Virus record (IMG/VR): IMGVR_UViG_3300042908_001001
Location: 12,534 to 76,533 of that record
DNA: 64,000 bases
Reading direction: 5' to 3' (one strand)
Origin: a virus
Below the pieces are notes generated by a model. That model did no database searches. It saw nothing but the letters and a program-made list of their open reading frames with translations, and was not told the DNA's origin. Each line of letters begins with the position of its first letter. Position 1 is the first letter of the stretch. Below are positions 28,501 through 38,044 of the stretch, piece after piece. The position numbers and the translations under genes are program-made.

Positions 28501-28505
28501 ATCGC

Positions 28506-29279
28506 TCAAGGCAGAGGGGCAAAATTCCCATCGGTATAACACCCTCCCCAATGGCCAAGAGCGTTAAAATGGTCATTGCAAGTTGAATCTGTGCCATTGC
28601 ACCCAGGGTATATTGTAACCTTGTCCCCAATCTCCCAAGTATAGGGCGCATTAATTTGTAGCCCTATTCTTCCGTCATTTTGGACAAAATCAATCCAAAA
28701 CTTAATCCCAATGTTATCGCCTGAATCAGCTATTAAATAACCACCTCCAGACGTTGCATTAAAGATGTACGGATCGCCTATATTTTGGTCAAAATAAAAC
28801 TGTTTTGAACTAACAATATTATTGATTATCCCTGTTATTTTTAGTTGGTTTATATCTTTAGGGCATCGTTCATCCTCTAGCCTTTTTGTCCATCTACAAA
28901 CATTAGTAAATTTCTGCAATGCGTTGTTACTTAATAGCGCATCTTTCGTATTAATCTCAAAAAAGAAAGTATCACCACTTACTTCATACTTCCCTATGTT
29001 GCCTTTTGTAACTGCTAATCCATCCTCAAGAGTTGCAGGTAAATTAGCATAATCGACAATTGCCTTAACAATTTCAGCCCCATCATAGAGTCCCGCTCTA
29101 ATATCAACATCACGAATTAGCTCAGAGTCTAGGAATAATTCAACCTCAAAATTATCAGGAGTCAATCCTATTTGTTTCCTAAGAGCAGTCGGATCAATCG
29201 CTGTATTAGCACGATAAGTAATCCCATTAATTACTAAATCATGATCATGGGAAGTAAACCCAATCCATTCATCTGTCAT
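28506..29279 (-). CDS. Tail hub/baseplate protein (DUF2163/BR0599, GTA-like)
   Basis: GFTSHDHDL, DIRAGLYDGA, C......C, IGD.VTIYPGCN...TC...FN...GG. Confidence 0.85.
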   Translation of the reverse strand: MTDEWIGFTSHDHDLVINGITYRANTAIDPTALRKQIGLTPDNFEVELFLDSELIRDVDIRAGLYDGAEIVKAIVDYANLPATLEDGLAVTKGNIGKYEVSGDTFFFEINTKDALLSNNALQKFTNVCRWTKRLEDERCPKDINQLKITGIINNIVSSKQFYFDQNIGDPYIFNATSGGGYLIADSGDNIGIKFWIDFVQNDGRIGLQINAPYTWEIGDKVTIYPGCNGTDSTCNDHFNALGHWGGCYTDGNFAPLP

Positions 29280-29644
29280 CCTTGTAACCCATATCCTATT
29301 GCAATATATTGATCAAGTATTCTTTTTAGCCGTTGTCCATAGGTAGTTGATAGCCAACTTCCTAGATCGGAACTATTCACAGCAAACTCAACTTTATTGT
29401 TTTGGGTTTCTACTGTTTTTAGTTGCCCAAATTTCAAAGGATCAACATTCTCTGATGAAAGATTTTCTGACAAGAATAAATAATGCGCGATCGCCAAACA
29501 ATATGCTTGCTCTTTTTGAGGCGATTCAATATATTCATAATTCAATTCAATCAAAGTATTTTCGATTAACTTGGAAACAATATCAGAATCGATTGACTCA
29601 AATTCTGGAAACTTATCAATAAAAAAATTGTAGTCAATTGTCAT
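29276..29644 (-). CDS. Head-tail adaptor (DUF4054)
   Basis: F...FPEF, AHYL, W..T.YGQ. Confidence 0.8.
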   Translation of the reverse strand: MTIDYNFFIDKFPEFESIDSDIVSKLIENTLIELNYEYIESPQKEQAYCLAIAHYLFLSENLSSENVDPLKFGQLKTVETQNNKVEFAVNSSDLGSWLSTTYGQRLKRILDQYIAIGYGLQG

Positions 29645-29862
29645 TATTCAGCCTCTACTAAATTTCTTAAAACCCCGTCTTTTTGAGACAATCTTAACCG
29701 TACTCTAGAATCAGGGATAATCATTTCAGTCCCGTATCTACCCTTCCAAAGACTATCGGAATTAACGTCAAGTCCGTCTTGTTTCTTGATCATGGTGATA
29801 CCGTGTAAAGTGTGTTTTACGGTACTACCGAGGGGAATATGGACACTTTTACTCATAGACAA
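29644..29862 (-). CDS. Hypothetical protein
   Basis: TAATG-coupled to DUF4054; GGTTATTATT upstream. Confidence 0.5.
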   Translation of the reverse strand: MSMSKSVHIPLGSTVKHTLHGITMIKKQDGLDVNSDSLWKGRYGTEMIIPDSRVRLRLSQKDGVLRNLVEAE

Positions 29863-29918
29863 AAAAAATAATTGGCTACTAAATAATAACCAATTAATAA
29901 AACAATTTTATTTTGTTT

Positions 29919-30212
29919 TTAAGCTACTTTTGAAACTTTGGTATTGACAATAGCTATCGGTTCATCAGTTGCCTTGTTTTCTGTTACCTTAAACCCTTCT
30001 AATTCACCTTTTGCGGTAGGCTCTTTTGTCAAAACAACCAAAGTTCCCTCTTCAAGGTGATGATTAAAAATAGGGTGCTTCTTAAGATGGTCAATATCAT
30101 CGTCAGGGATTGCAATATTAACCCCAGGCAACAATTCGATTCGACTAATGCCTTTCCCGTTGGAATAGTCGATAGTCATTCCAGCCGCTTTGTTATTTTT
30201 AATTTGTGCCAT
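29919..30212 (-). CDS. Head-associated protein downstream of the capsid gene
   Basis: L.PG.N...KHP.F...E.G.L pattern common after DUF2184 capsid genes. Confidence 0.6.
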   Translation of the reverse strand: MAQIKNNKAAGMTIDYSNGKGISRIELLPGVNIAIPDDDIDHLKKHPIFNHHLEEGTLVVLTKEPTAKGELEGFKVTENKATDEPIAIVNTKVSKVA

Positions 30213-30262
30213 AATTTTACCAAATAAAAGTTAATAGATAGGGCTAAAGGTAGCCCATAAGA

Positions 30263-31183
30263 CTAAATACCATCAGCATATAACATTGATTGAACTTTGA
30301 TTAATTGCTGACCACCGCAACGGGTTAAACAGGGAGTGGTATATTTCCGTTTTTCATACTCAGTAGGCATAGTCATAAATCCAATCGGAACATGAAAACG
30401 AATCTTCTCAGAACGGGGCATATAGCCGACCATAATAGAAGTTCCATTAGTCCCCAAACCCTTAAGATAAGGGACTGGAATAATCCGTTTTACACCAAAA
30501 GGATTTGATACTTGAGTCTTCAGGAAAAAGCTCAAAATCGTTTCGGTTGCCGTACTGTCAGGATAGGGAGTTTCTGAAATTAGAGAAAAATTCTCATCAT
30601 CCATCAAAATCACTTCTGAAAAATGGGCATTCTTGGTATCAATGCGAGTCTTCCGAGCAAAGTTAGTTAAGTCACGGTATCTCTGCGCGGCCGTCTTGCT
30701 TGCCCACGTTGTACTAGAGCTAGTCCCGTCATTGGGGATAGTGTAGGTAGGTACGTTAGCATGACCGATAAAACCCATCAGATTATCCTGAGAACTACCA
30801 CGCCAACCCACGTTATCAAGCGTTTGCTCAATGATTTCACGGGCGGTTAGTGCTAGGGTGGAATCCAAAGGTACGTTAGCCTGTTGAGCATACTGCATAT
30901 CCTCCCAAGAATAAGAATATTGATTCCCGATGGTCTTGATCACGCCATAGCGACTTTCCATAAAAGCCGAAACTTCAGGAAAATCATCGGAGCCGCTAGA
31001 CATAATCTTGGCAGAACCTAGAGAGGTATAAAGCGAGTATTGGTAGGTCTTAGCCCATGCTGGCAATTCAGAGCTAATGGGAACCAGTGAACCGTTAGCC
31101 ATTTGTCGCTCAGGAAAATCCTGTTTTACGACAATATTTTGGACAGCCCGCAAGCTATTTTGAGCAAAAAGAGTCATTGACAT
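30263..31183 (-). CDS. Major capsid protein (DUF2184/encapsulin-like HK97 fold)
   Basis: GGAGG RBS; YSYSWEDMQYA, W.G...L.G...H.NV, WASKT, T.ETIL.F, RCGG...S..Y.DGI. Confidence 0.88.
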   Translation of the reverse strand: MSMTLFAQNSLRAVQNIVVKQDFPERQMANGSLVPISSELPAWAKTYQYSLYTSLGSAKIMSSGSDDFPEVSAFMESRYGVIKTIGNQYSYSWEDMQYAQQANVPLDSTLALTAREIIEQTLDNVGWRGSSQDNLMGFIGHANVPTYTIPNDGTSSSTTWASKTAAQRYRDLTNFARKTRIDTKNAHFSEVILMDDENFSLISETPYPDSTATETILSFFLKTQVSNPFGVKRIIPVPYLKGLGTNGTSIMVGYMPRSEKIRFHVPIGFMTMPTEYEKRKYTTPCLTRCGGQQLIKVQSMLYADGI

Positions 31184-31195
31184 AATAAAAACCTC

Positions 31196-31954
31196 CTATA
31201 GTAATTCGAGTTCAGCTAAACCAGCCGCCGCCGTTTTGCTAACCCAACGGGCAGTAGTAACTTGATCGGCGCGTGCAATAGTACCTGACTCTGACCCGCT
31301 TGCGATATTTGCGTTAGTCAGAGCAAAAGTGAACGTGGTAGTAGTCGGGGTCGCTACAATCGTGCGAGTCCCGTTTAAAACCGTATTAGTTGCCAATCCT
31401 GCGATCACGACAGATTGACCAACAGCGAAACCATGCGCGGCGGATGTCGTAATAGTGGCAACATTTGAAGTCAATGCAGTCGTCGTAATAGTTGCGGCAT
31501 CAGCATCCTTACGAAAGTTACCCGCGATAGATGTACTGTTAGTAATGCCACGCAAATAAACATCATCGGCAGGGCTAACAGCTTGCTCGGAATAGACCCA
31601 AATACGACCACGTGATCGCACAGTGATTTCTTCTTTTTCCCGATAATTGACATCCTGAGTGCCTGTAACAACCGTGAGAAAGTCAGGATTATCCCAAGTG
31701 TCTTTTTGGACTCGTTTAGCGACTCCCATAAACTTCCCACCAGTTGCGGTAGGAACCTTTACTTTAGGACTAGAACCCACATAGGTAGAGTCGCGGGTGA
31801 ACGTGCCACCATTAGCGGAATCGTAAACCAAACCAACTCCAAAATCGACAGCCAAATCAGCAAAGGCTGAAATATCAAATCGAACCCCCTCCTCCAATGC
31901 TTGCCCTTTTAAGGCAACATCGTGATCCCATACAACAGACGTTTGAATAGGCAT
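31196..31954 (-). CDS. Head decoration/cement protein with an inserted FCCH-like beta domain
   Basis: FGVGLV, F.GVA, RGRIWV, VY.R, AELEL; insert ATITTSAAHGFAVGQSVVIAG...LNG...TTFTF. Confidence 0.75.
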   Translation of the reverse strand: MPIQTSVVWDHDVALKGQALEEGVRFDISAFADLAVDFGVGLVYDSANGGTFTRDSTYVGSSPKVKVPTATGGKFMGVAKRVQKDTWDNPDFLTVVTGTQDVNYREKEEITVRSRGRIWVYSEQAVSPADDVYLRGITNSTSIAGNFRKDADAATITTTALTSNVATITTSAAHGFAVGQSVVIAGLATNTVLNGTRTIVATPTTTTFTFALTNANIASGSESGTIARADQVTTARWVSKTAAAGLAELELL

Positions 31955-31966
31955 TTAACAAACCTC

Positions 31967-33148
31967 CTATTTTAAAGTAATTAAATTTTTAGAACGACTA
32001 GAAACATCACCACGAATGGAATCGGTTCTAACCTCATCAGGCGTTAATCCGTCAAGATGTTTTTTGGTTTCTTCCGTGTGATTCTTGGGAGAATTTTGAG
32101 ATTGAAACCAAATCCCTTCAATAAAATCAGGCGACTTTTCATCCAACTTGACATCAGGGTACAAAGGAGCCAAGTAAGCTTTTTTCAACCCCAATTCGTC
32201 AAGGTCAAACGGATCGACAGAATCGGAAGTAAAAACGTCTTTGACTTTCTCAAACGTTTTAAGCCAAGATTTAATAGAAGATGAATCCATGCGGGTATTT
32301 TTAGCCGATTCAAGGTCAGATTCAAGCTTTTGAATCTTGGACTCAAGAGCGACTTTTTCACCATCCAAAGAATCGTACTTAGGCTTAAGCGAATCAAGCT
32401 CACTCTTTACCCGTTCACCTAATTCGTATTCCTTGGTAAGCGACGATTGAAGCGAGTCCAAAACAGACAAAATCTCAGGCGATTCATCTGTCTTAACTTC
32501 ATACTTCTCGCCCGTCCGAGGGATAGTATAATTTTTAATAGTTGTTACAGTCATAGATTTTTTGCTTTTTGAAACAGAATCTATTTTAATAATAACATCT
32601 GTTTCTTCACTGTCAAATCGTGCGTTATCCCCAGCCCTAGCTTTTTCGACTAACGCGATATGATTGCCTCCAATGTCTTCTTGCTCAACATCATATTCAT
32701 ATTCTTTTCCGATTATCCCCATCACGCCTAATTCATCCTTCCATATTCCAGAATCTTTTTTAAGGGTACAGGTATAACCACAAGACAACTGTCTATGGGT
32801 TGCGATTGCGGCGTTGATAGCGGTTTTGTCAGTGATATGTAGTTTTGCATGAATCCAACCATCATCACCGTAATAGCAATCAGGCACAAACCCTTTCTGA
32901 TGTTGACTAGCATTGTCAGCCGTTACCAATTCTTTAGGATGGTCAAGAGTTACCAGTGAATTTCTAAAGCTATCAACAGAAGCCTTGACGTTTTCAGGCC
33001 TTCTCAACTCTCTAACCAGCTTCCCATCTTTCCAATAATTTTGAACACCGACACGGGCGACCCGCGCATCCTCAATAGACAAAAATCCCTGCGGAGTCCA
33101 TTTAGCACTCTTAGGGATTTTTACGGTATCGTATCTTAATTCACTCAT
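31967..33148 (-). CDS. DUF2213 prohead protease/scaffold
   Basis: TPQGFL, ARVGVQ.Y, VTLDHP, QLSCGY, NHIALV..ARAG..AR.D, coiled-coil C-terminus with xDS repeats. Confidence 0.9.
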   Translation of the reverse strand: MSELRYDTVKIPKSAKWTPQGFLSIEDARVARVGVQNYWKDGKLVRELRRPENVKASVDSFRNSLVTLDHPKELVTADNASQHQKGFVPDCYYGDDGWIHAKLHITDKTAINAAIATHRQLSCGYTCTLKKDSGIWKDELGVMGIIGKEYEYDVEQEDIGGNHIALVEKARAGDNARFDSEETDVIIKIDSVSKSKKSMTVTTIKNYTIPRTGEKYEVKTDESPEILSVLDSLQSSLTKEYELGERVKSELDSLKPKYDSLDGEKVALESKIQKLESDLESAKNTRMDSSSIKSWLKTFEKVKDVFTSDSVDPFDLDELGLKKAYLAPLYPDVKLDEKSPDFIEGIWFQSQNSPKNHTEETKKHLDGLTPDEVRTDSIRGDVSSRSKNLITLK

Positions 33149-33272
33149 AATATTTACCTATAGTTTTAAGTAAATATTAACCTGTTTATTGTGCTATCAT
33201 TAATTTATTCACGCTATCAATACTAAGATTTTTAACCGCCACTTAGATGCAACTATGGCGGTCTTTTATTGT

Positions 33273-33521
33273 TCATAAAAAATCAATCAATTTCAATCCT
33301 AATTCCTTCCGATTGTCTTCGCACTTTTTACTCTGACAACGAAAACGACTTAGCTTACCTTGCAAAGCCTTATCTTTTCTTTCTTGTAGTGTATTCCCGC
33401 ACAAAGGGCAATCTCGCTTTTCTATTTTTTGAATCTCTAAATATTTAGATTCATTAAATATTAAATCTTCCCATTCAGGATCGGGGATTGATACTTGTTT
33501 AATTAATTCTTGAGTGACCAT
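33273..33521 (-). CDS. Zinc-ribbon protein
   Basis: CPLCG...C....C. Confidence 0.55.
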   Translation of the reverse strand: MVTQELIKQVSIPDPEWEDLIFNESKYLEIQKIEKRDCPLCGNTLQERKDKALQGKLSRFRCQSKKCEDNRKELGLKLIDFL

Positions 33522-33527
33522 GATTAA

Positions 33528-34205
33528 TTACCCTAAAAAGCTAATAGGACTATTCGGATTTTTGCCCTTTTTAATACAGAAAACAGCGTCCGATTCCTGT
33601 CTTCCACTACACATAACAGGCTTACCATTCTTAAATTGTGGAACCCCGTCAATTTCTTTCTGGCATTTACTCATAGGAACCCCGTCTTTTAAATAGTCAA
33701 TACGCCAAGGAATAATGTATTGTTCTGCGATATGACAATCTAGTTCTTTAAGCTCTTTTGACCTTCCTTGACTACTAAAAAAAGATATAGGAAGCAAAAA
33801 TAATAAACGACTTTCGGGCTTATCATTTAACAGTGGTAATGAATATTTAATGCCTTTGATTGCGTCATCAAATGGAGGATTTGTTATGATCAAATCATAA
33901 CTGTGAAGTTTGATAGAACGGTCAGGAAGAAAGAAATTTGAACAAGAAAAAACAATCTTCTTTCTGAGAATATCATTGTGGAAATATTTATTAAAAAAGC
34001 AATGATACCTTTCTTGATTTACTTCATTAAAATAGAGTTCAGGAATATTTAATTGATTATCTATTAAATGCTTAATAATTGCATCAAATAAATAACCTCT
34101 TCCTCCAAACGGCTCTAAAATATTCTTATCCGTTGGCAATACTAACTTAGCCATTAAATTAGCTTCTCTTGGCGGAGTTTCATAGTCGCTTTTGTTCCAA
34201 TCCAT
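33528..34205 (-). CDS. Small amino-group (N6-A/N4-C) DNA methyltransferase
   Basis: YETP, ILEPFGGRG (motif I), IITNPPF (motif IV), FLLP. Confidence 0.85.
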   Translation of the reverse strand: MDWNKSDYETPPREANLMAKLVLPTDKNILEPFGGRGYLFDAIIKHLIDNQLNIPELYFNEVNQERYHCFFNKYFHNDILRKKIVFSCSNFFLPDRSIKLHSYDLIITNPPFDDAIKGIKYSLPLLNDKPESRLLFLLPISFFSSQGRSKELKELDCHIAEQYIIPWRIDYLKDGVPMSKCQKEIDGVPQFKNGKPVMCSGRQESDAVFCIKKGKNPNSPISFLG

Positions 34206-34269
34206 AGCTTTTTATTGGTTTATTTTCTATTATTTTAATCTAAAACATTTTAATTTGTCAAGAAAGTTA

Positions 34270-35460
34270 TTAAAACAAATTAAGTTGACCTGATACATTA
34301 AAGCTAATCGCCTTTTGTTGCTTCCGAATTAATAACAACTCAGTGCGTTTAGGTCGTGTTTTAGTTTTGGAGTTGCGAGTAATACCCGCGCTACTGGCTA
34401 CGGTTTCTTTATAGTGGCGATCCCAATTTTCTTCAGGATAAAGCTCATCTAGCAAGTCGTTAGGATAATAGGAAACAATCGCACCCGCGCATTCTACTTC
34501 GTTCAATGTTTTAGCCAGTCGATAGTGCATTTCTAGGGTATCATCCTTTGATTGCTTGGCATTGTACGAATAATATTTTTCGCAGTTTAGGTACGGGGGA
34601 TCTGCGTAAAACAAGGTTTCAGGAGTTGCCCAACGCTCGATTACTTTAATGGCATCGTCGCACTCTAAATAGACTTTTTTAAGGTCGTTTAGGTTTTCTT
34701 GCAAGTGTGGGGATGCTGTCAGGATTCGGGAGGGAACGGAGTTATGTACCAATGTTGGGCAAGCGTCTCCGCCATTGTCATTGCTTGGGATTGTATGCCG
34801 ATCAGTTCTCCATCCATCCGATCCCCTAAATGACTGCCAATTATCAACCAAATACCGTCTAACTCGTTCAATCCGAAAATCAACATCAGGCTCTACGAAT
34901 TGCCTACCCACAGCATTCAGGCAAGCATAGGGATTAATCGCCTCCGATTCCCCTAAATGCGGCGCGGCGGTTAGGATTCGGGATGGGAGATTGGCAAATC
35001 CATCTGGTGATTGTAATGCCCCGATTTCTTCCCCCGTCCTAAATGCCCACCCCTTTGATGGTTCTCCTCCCATAAATGTCTGAGTGTGACCTACTAAATA
35101 CTGCCTAGCATCTTCTAAGCGATCGCCGCTTCCCCTTGATTGTGAATCCTTATGTTCTGCCCGACTGTAGGGAGTGAAATAGACAGAATAGGCTAACAAT
35201 TCAGGATAATCGCGAACCATTTTATAGAGATTCATTATCTCTCTGTCAGCATCATTCAGAACCGCCCGAAAATGACGACCCCGCGCTTTAACCTGTTCTG
35301 GTATCCCTTCATTTAAAAGGTAAAAATACGTCGCCGCGCTTCCACAAAACGGTTCACAATAAATGCTGAAATTATGCTCTTTAATAAATTGCAAAATCCA
35401 AGGGGCTAATCTTGCCTTACCGCCCACCCGTCCGATCACTGGTTTGATTTTAGTTTTCAT
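34270..35460 (-). CDS. Dam-family (D12 class) adenine methyltransferase with duplicated TRD segment
   Basis: GGKARLA, YCEPFCGS, LND, TPYSR.E, E..DA, FYADPPY, R.ELL; C-terminal QLNLF. Confidence 0.88.
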   Translation of the reverse strand: MKTKIKPVIGRVGGKARLAPWILQFIKEHNFSIYCEPFCGSAATYFYLLNEGIPEQVKARGRHFRAVLNDADREIMNLYKMVRDYPELLAYSVYFTPYSRAEHKDSQSRGSGDRLEDARQYLVGHTQTFMGGEPSKGWAFRTGEEIGALQSPDGFANLPSRILTAAPHLGESEAINPYACLNAVGRQFVEPDVDFRIERVRRYLVDNWQSFRGSDGWRTDRHTIPSNDNGGDACPTLVHNSVPSRILTASPHLQENLNDLKKVYLECDDAIKVIERWATPETLFYADPPYLNCEKYYSYNAKQSKDDTLEMHYRLAKTLNEVECAGAIVSYYPNDLLDELYPEENWDRHYKETVASSAGITRNSKTKTRPKRTELLLIRKQQKAISFNVSGQLNLF

Positions 35461-35499
35461 GATTAATAATAAAACATTTTAATTTTACATATAAAACGA

Positions 35500-36549
35500 T
35501 TAAGTGAATGTGAGGGATAGCGTCATTTGAGTTGGTAAAGCCCCGTGTTTTTTAGTGTAAAGCTTTTCGGCTTTTGTGCGATAAGGTTCATCTAGTTTTT
35601 TTAGCCAATCAGAGAAAGTTGATTTACTTTTTCTAACATTGCAGGAATAACAACAAATCACAACATTGCTTTCAGAGTGCAATCCCCCTCTTGACAAGGG
35701 AATTAGATGATCTAGGGTTTTTAGTCTCCCCCTATCGTGTGCCTTATCAGCCATTTTTATCCCACAGTAAACACACAGGCTTGTCTCACAAAAAAGCTTT
35801 GTAATAACTTCTGGAGTGAGAGAGCCATCGCTCTGACTATTTATTCTCTCACGTCTTTTCCCTTGATTGCTATTAACTTCTTCCCTGTGAGTATGACGAT
35901 AAATCCTTGCGTATTCAACGATCTTTTCTTTATTGTTTTTTCTGTACTCCTGATTATATTTATTTATTGTTTCTTTATTCCCATAGTAATACTCTTTGCT
36001 TTTTTGGTTAAGAGCTTCTTTATTTCTTACATGATATTCTTTACTTTTTGCCAGCATTTGCTCTCTATTCCTATAATGATGATTAAGAGAGGATTGTCTT
36101 CTTTTTTCTTTGTTTTCCTCATAGTCCACTTTGCGCTTTTCTGTCAAAACGGATTTATTCTTTTCGCAGTACTCTTTTCTTTTTTGTGCTAGAGACTCTT
36201 TATTTGCTTCACAATATCTCTTGTGAGACTCCGCATTTCTTTCTTTGTTGACTTCATTGTATTTTCTTTTTCGTTCTTTTATGTTTTCTTTGTTTTTTTC
36301 GTAATACTCTTTTCTTTTTTCTGCCAATACTTCTTTGTTGTTTTCGTAATACTCTTTTTTCTTTTGACAAACTTTTTCTTTGTTGTTTTCTTTATACCTC
36401 CGATGAGACTCTTTTTCTTTTTCTTTATTCTTTTTATAATACTCTTTTCTTTTTTCCTTATTCTTTTCCCTGTATAGCTTGTCTGATAGTCGTTTTGCTT
36501 CTTTTCTTTTTTCTATCTTATCAATGTCGTTTTGTGCTAGAATATCCAT
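35500..36549 (-). CDS. HNH endonuclease with N-terminal 15-aa tandem repeats
   Basis: CVYCG...DHLIPLSRGG.H...N....C.SCN.RK; repeats of the KEYYE.NKE......type. Confidence 0.85.
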   Translation of the reverse strand: MDILAQNDIDKIEKRKEAKRLSDKLYREKNKEKRKEYYKKNKEKEKESHRRYKENNKEKVCQKKKEYYENNKEVLAEKRKEYYEKNKENIKERKRKYNEVNKERNAESHKRYCEANKESLAQKRKEYCEKNKSVLTEKRKVDYEENKEKRRQSSLNHHYRNREQMLAKSKEYHVRNKEALNQKSKEYYYGNKETINKYNQEYRKNNKEKIVEYARIYRHTHREEVNSNQGKRRERINSQSDGSLTPEVITKLFCETSLCVYCGIKMADKAHDRGRLKTLDHLIPLSRGGLHSESNVVICCYSCNVRKSKSTFSDWLKKLDEPYRTKAEKLYTKKHGALPTQMTLSLTFT

Positions 36550-36657
36550 ATTGACCTCTGATACAGGTTAGTCGAATCCCAGACCCTGCAAGGTCGTGGG
36601 GTTCTCTTTTATTATAGCTTATTTTAGATGTTTTTAACAAACTAAGACAATTTATTT

Positions 36658-37287
36658 TTATTGGTAAAAAGCTTCCCAATCTTCTTTTGTGGCAAATTTG
36701 CGGTCATATTTTTGATTGTCTAAAATTAGGTGGTATTCATGCCACTCAGCCGTATCATCTCCAATCCATTGAACTTGTTTGGAATGAGTGCGTAAAACAG
36801 GATAATCATCTATTAATTGGTTAGACTTTTCGAGATAACTAAACCCGTCATCGTCTTTTTCCCAGTGCCATTTCTTCCCACCAGTCCATTCAATCCCTAA
36901 TGACTGAATGAAGGGCTTTAAAATAGCGTTACCATGATTCATTATCTGTTCAAAATTTTGATAACTATACCCATTTTTATTGATGAGATTAATCAATCTT
37001 CCATTATGAATAAAGTTGTGGCAGGGATGACATAATGCACAAGTGCCAACGTATTCGACTCTACCAGTTGAATAGTTTATGTTATAGGACTCATGGGCTT
37101 CTAACCAACTTCTCATTTTTGCTTTGGACTTATGAACACCACAAGCCCAGCAATGATCATTAAATTTAGCTTTGCATTCTTTTTTGGTTTGTTTCCACCA
37201 CTTATTCCCCTTAATTGTCCGAGGGTTTAAGGTATGCAATGGCTTGGGAATATTTGGATGACAAAGGAGGATAGGGAAGGTTTTCAT
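36658..37287 (-). CDS. HNH-like endonuclease
   Basis: IPKPLH..NPR, CWACG, LEAHE, ALCHPCHNFIH.G. Confidence 0.75.
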   Translation of the reverse strand: MKTFPILLCHPNIPKPLHTLNPRTIKGNKWWKQTKKECKAKFNDHCWACGVHKSKAKMRSWLEAHESYNINYSTGRVEYVGTCALCHPCHNFIHNGRLINLINKNGYSYQNFEQIMNHGNAILKPFIQSLGIEWTGGKKWHWEKDDDGFSYLEKSNQLIDDYPVLRTHSKQVQWIGDDTAEWHEYHLILDNQKYDRKFATKEDWEAFYQ

Positions 37288-37505
37288 TTAGGACTATTGT
37301 TTAATGCACAATAAAAGAACTTTATATTAAAGTAAAAATCACGCCTTGATGGAAGACTATTCATAATCCATTTTCTTCTGTTAAAGGCAATCTTACACCG
37401 AGTAAATCCGTACATAAAATCTTTTATTTTATCCATGTTCAATCCTCAACTTTTTATTATCTTCTCATCATTCCTGATAATTGTCAAGAAAGTTTATAAA
37501 ACAAT

Positions 37506-37871
37506 TTAAGCAGTACCGACCAAGATCCCTCGGAGAGGAGTACCAAACCATTGACTCCCCACAAGGCGATCGCTGGGGCTTGGTAGGGCATAAAAGCGGC
37601 CCGTCTTGGTCTCCCCTTGTAAGTCTATCTGTATGGGATAGAATTCGTGCGCTTTGAGGGCTACAGTCCCTTTTTGGTTGCCAGATAGTTTACAGATTAT
37701 ATTTTCGACACCAGGAAGATCGTAAACGGTCGGATCGCTGTCAGTCTCTAAACTTGCCTCGATAGTTGCCGTTGTCTCACTAAATATCGGTTCACCCGTC
37801 ACCTCGCTAAACCCTATAGGTTCACTGGACGCGATCGCGTAGGTTATTCGTGCATTTATCTTCCCTAGCAT
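37506..37871 (-). CDS. Probable head-closure/head-tail joining protein
   Basis: 121 aa, beta-rich, E.TGEPI motif; GGTTAATATT 24 bp upstream. Function inferred. Confidence 0.45.
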   Translation of the reverse strand: MLGKINARITYAIASSEPIGFSEVTGEPIFSETTATIEASLETDSDPTVYDLPGVENIICKLSGNQKGTVALKAHEFYPIQIDLQGETKTGRFYALPSPSDRLVGSQWFGTPLRGILVGTA

Positions 37872-37927
37872 TCATTTTCCCTCAATTTCTACTCAATATT
37901 AACCATTGCACGGGGTTTTGATGGTAC

Positions 37928-37964
37928 ATAGATGGTTTCTATGGTAACTATAGATAGATTTTAT
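37928..37964. promoter_or_regulatory. LysR/OxyR-type tetrad site
   Basis: ATAG-N7-CTAT-N7-ATAG-N7-TTAT. Confidence 0.5.
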
Positions 37965-38044
37965 GGATACTTATCTTAAAATGTTAATCAGTTTATAAAA
38001 TATATGTTATGATGGATTTATTGAAAGTTTAAAAGGTTTATTTT

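Noticed and set aside
35737-36477. Phe-rich plus-strand ORFs
   Set aside because: Antisense shadows of the Lys/Glu-rich HNH repeats.
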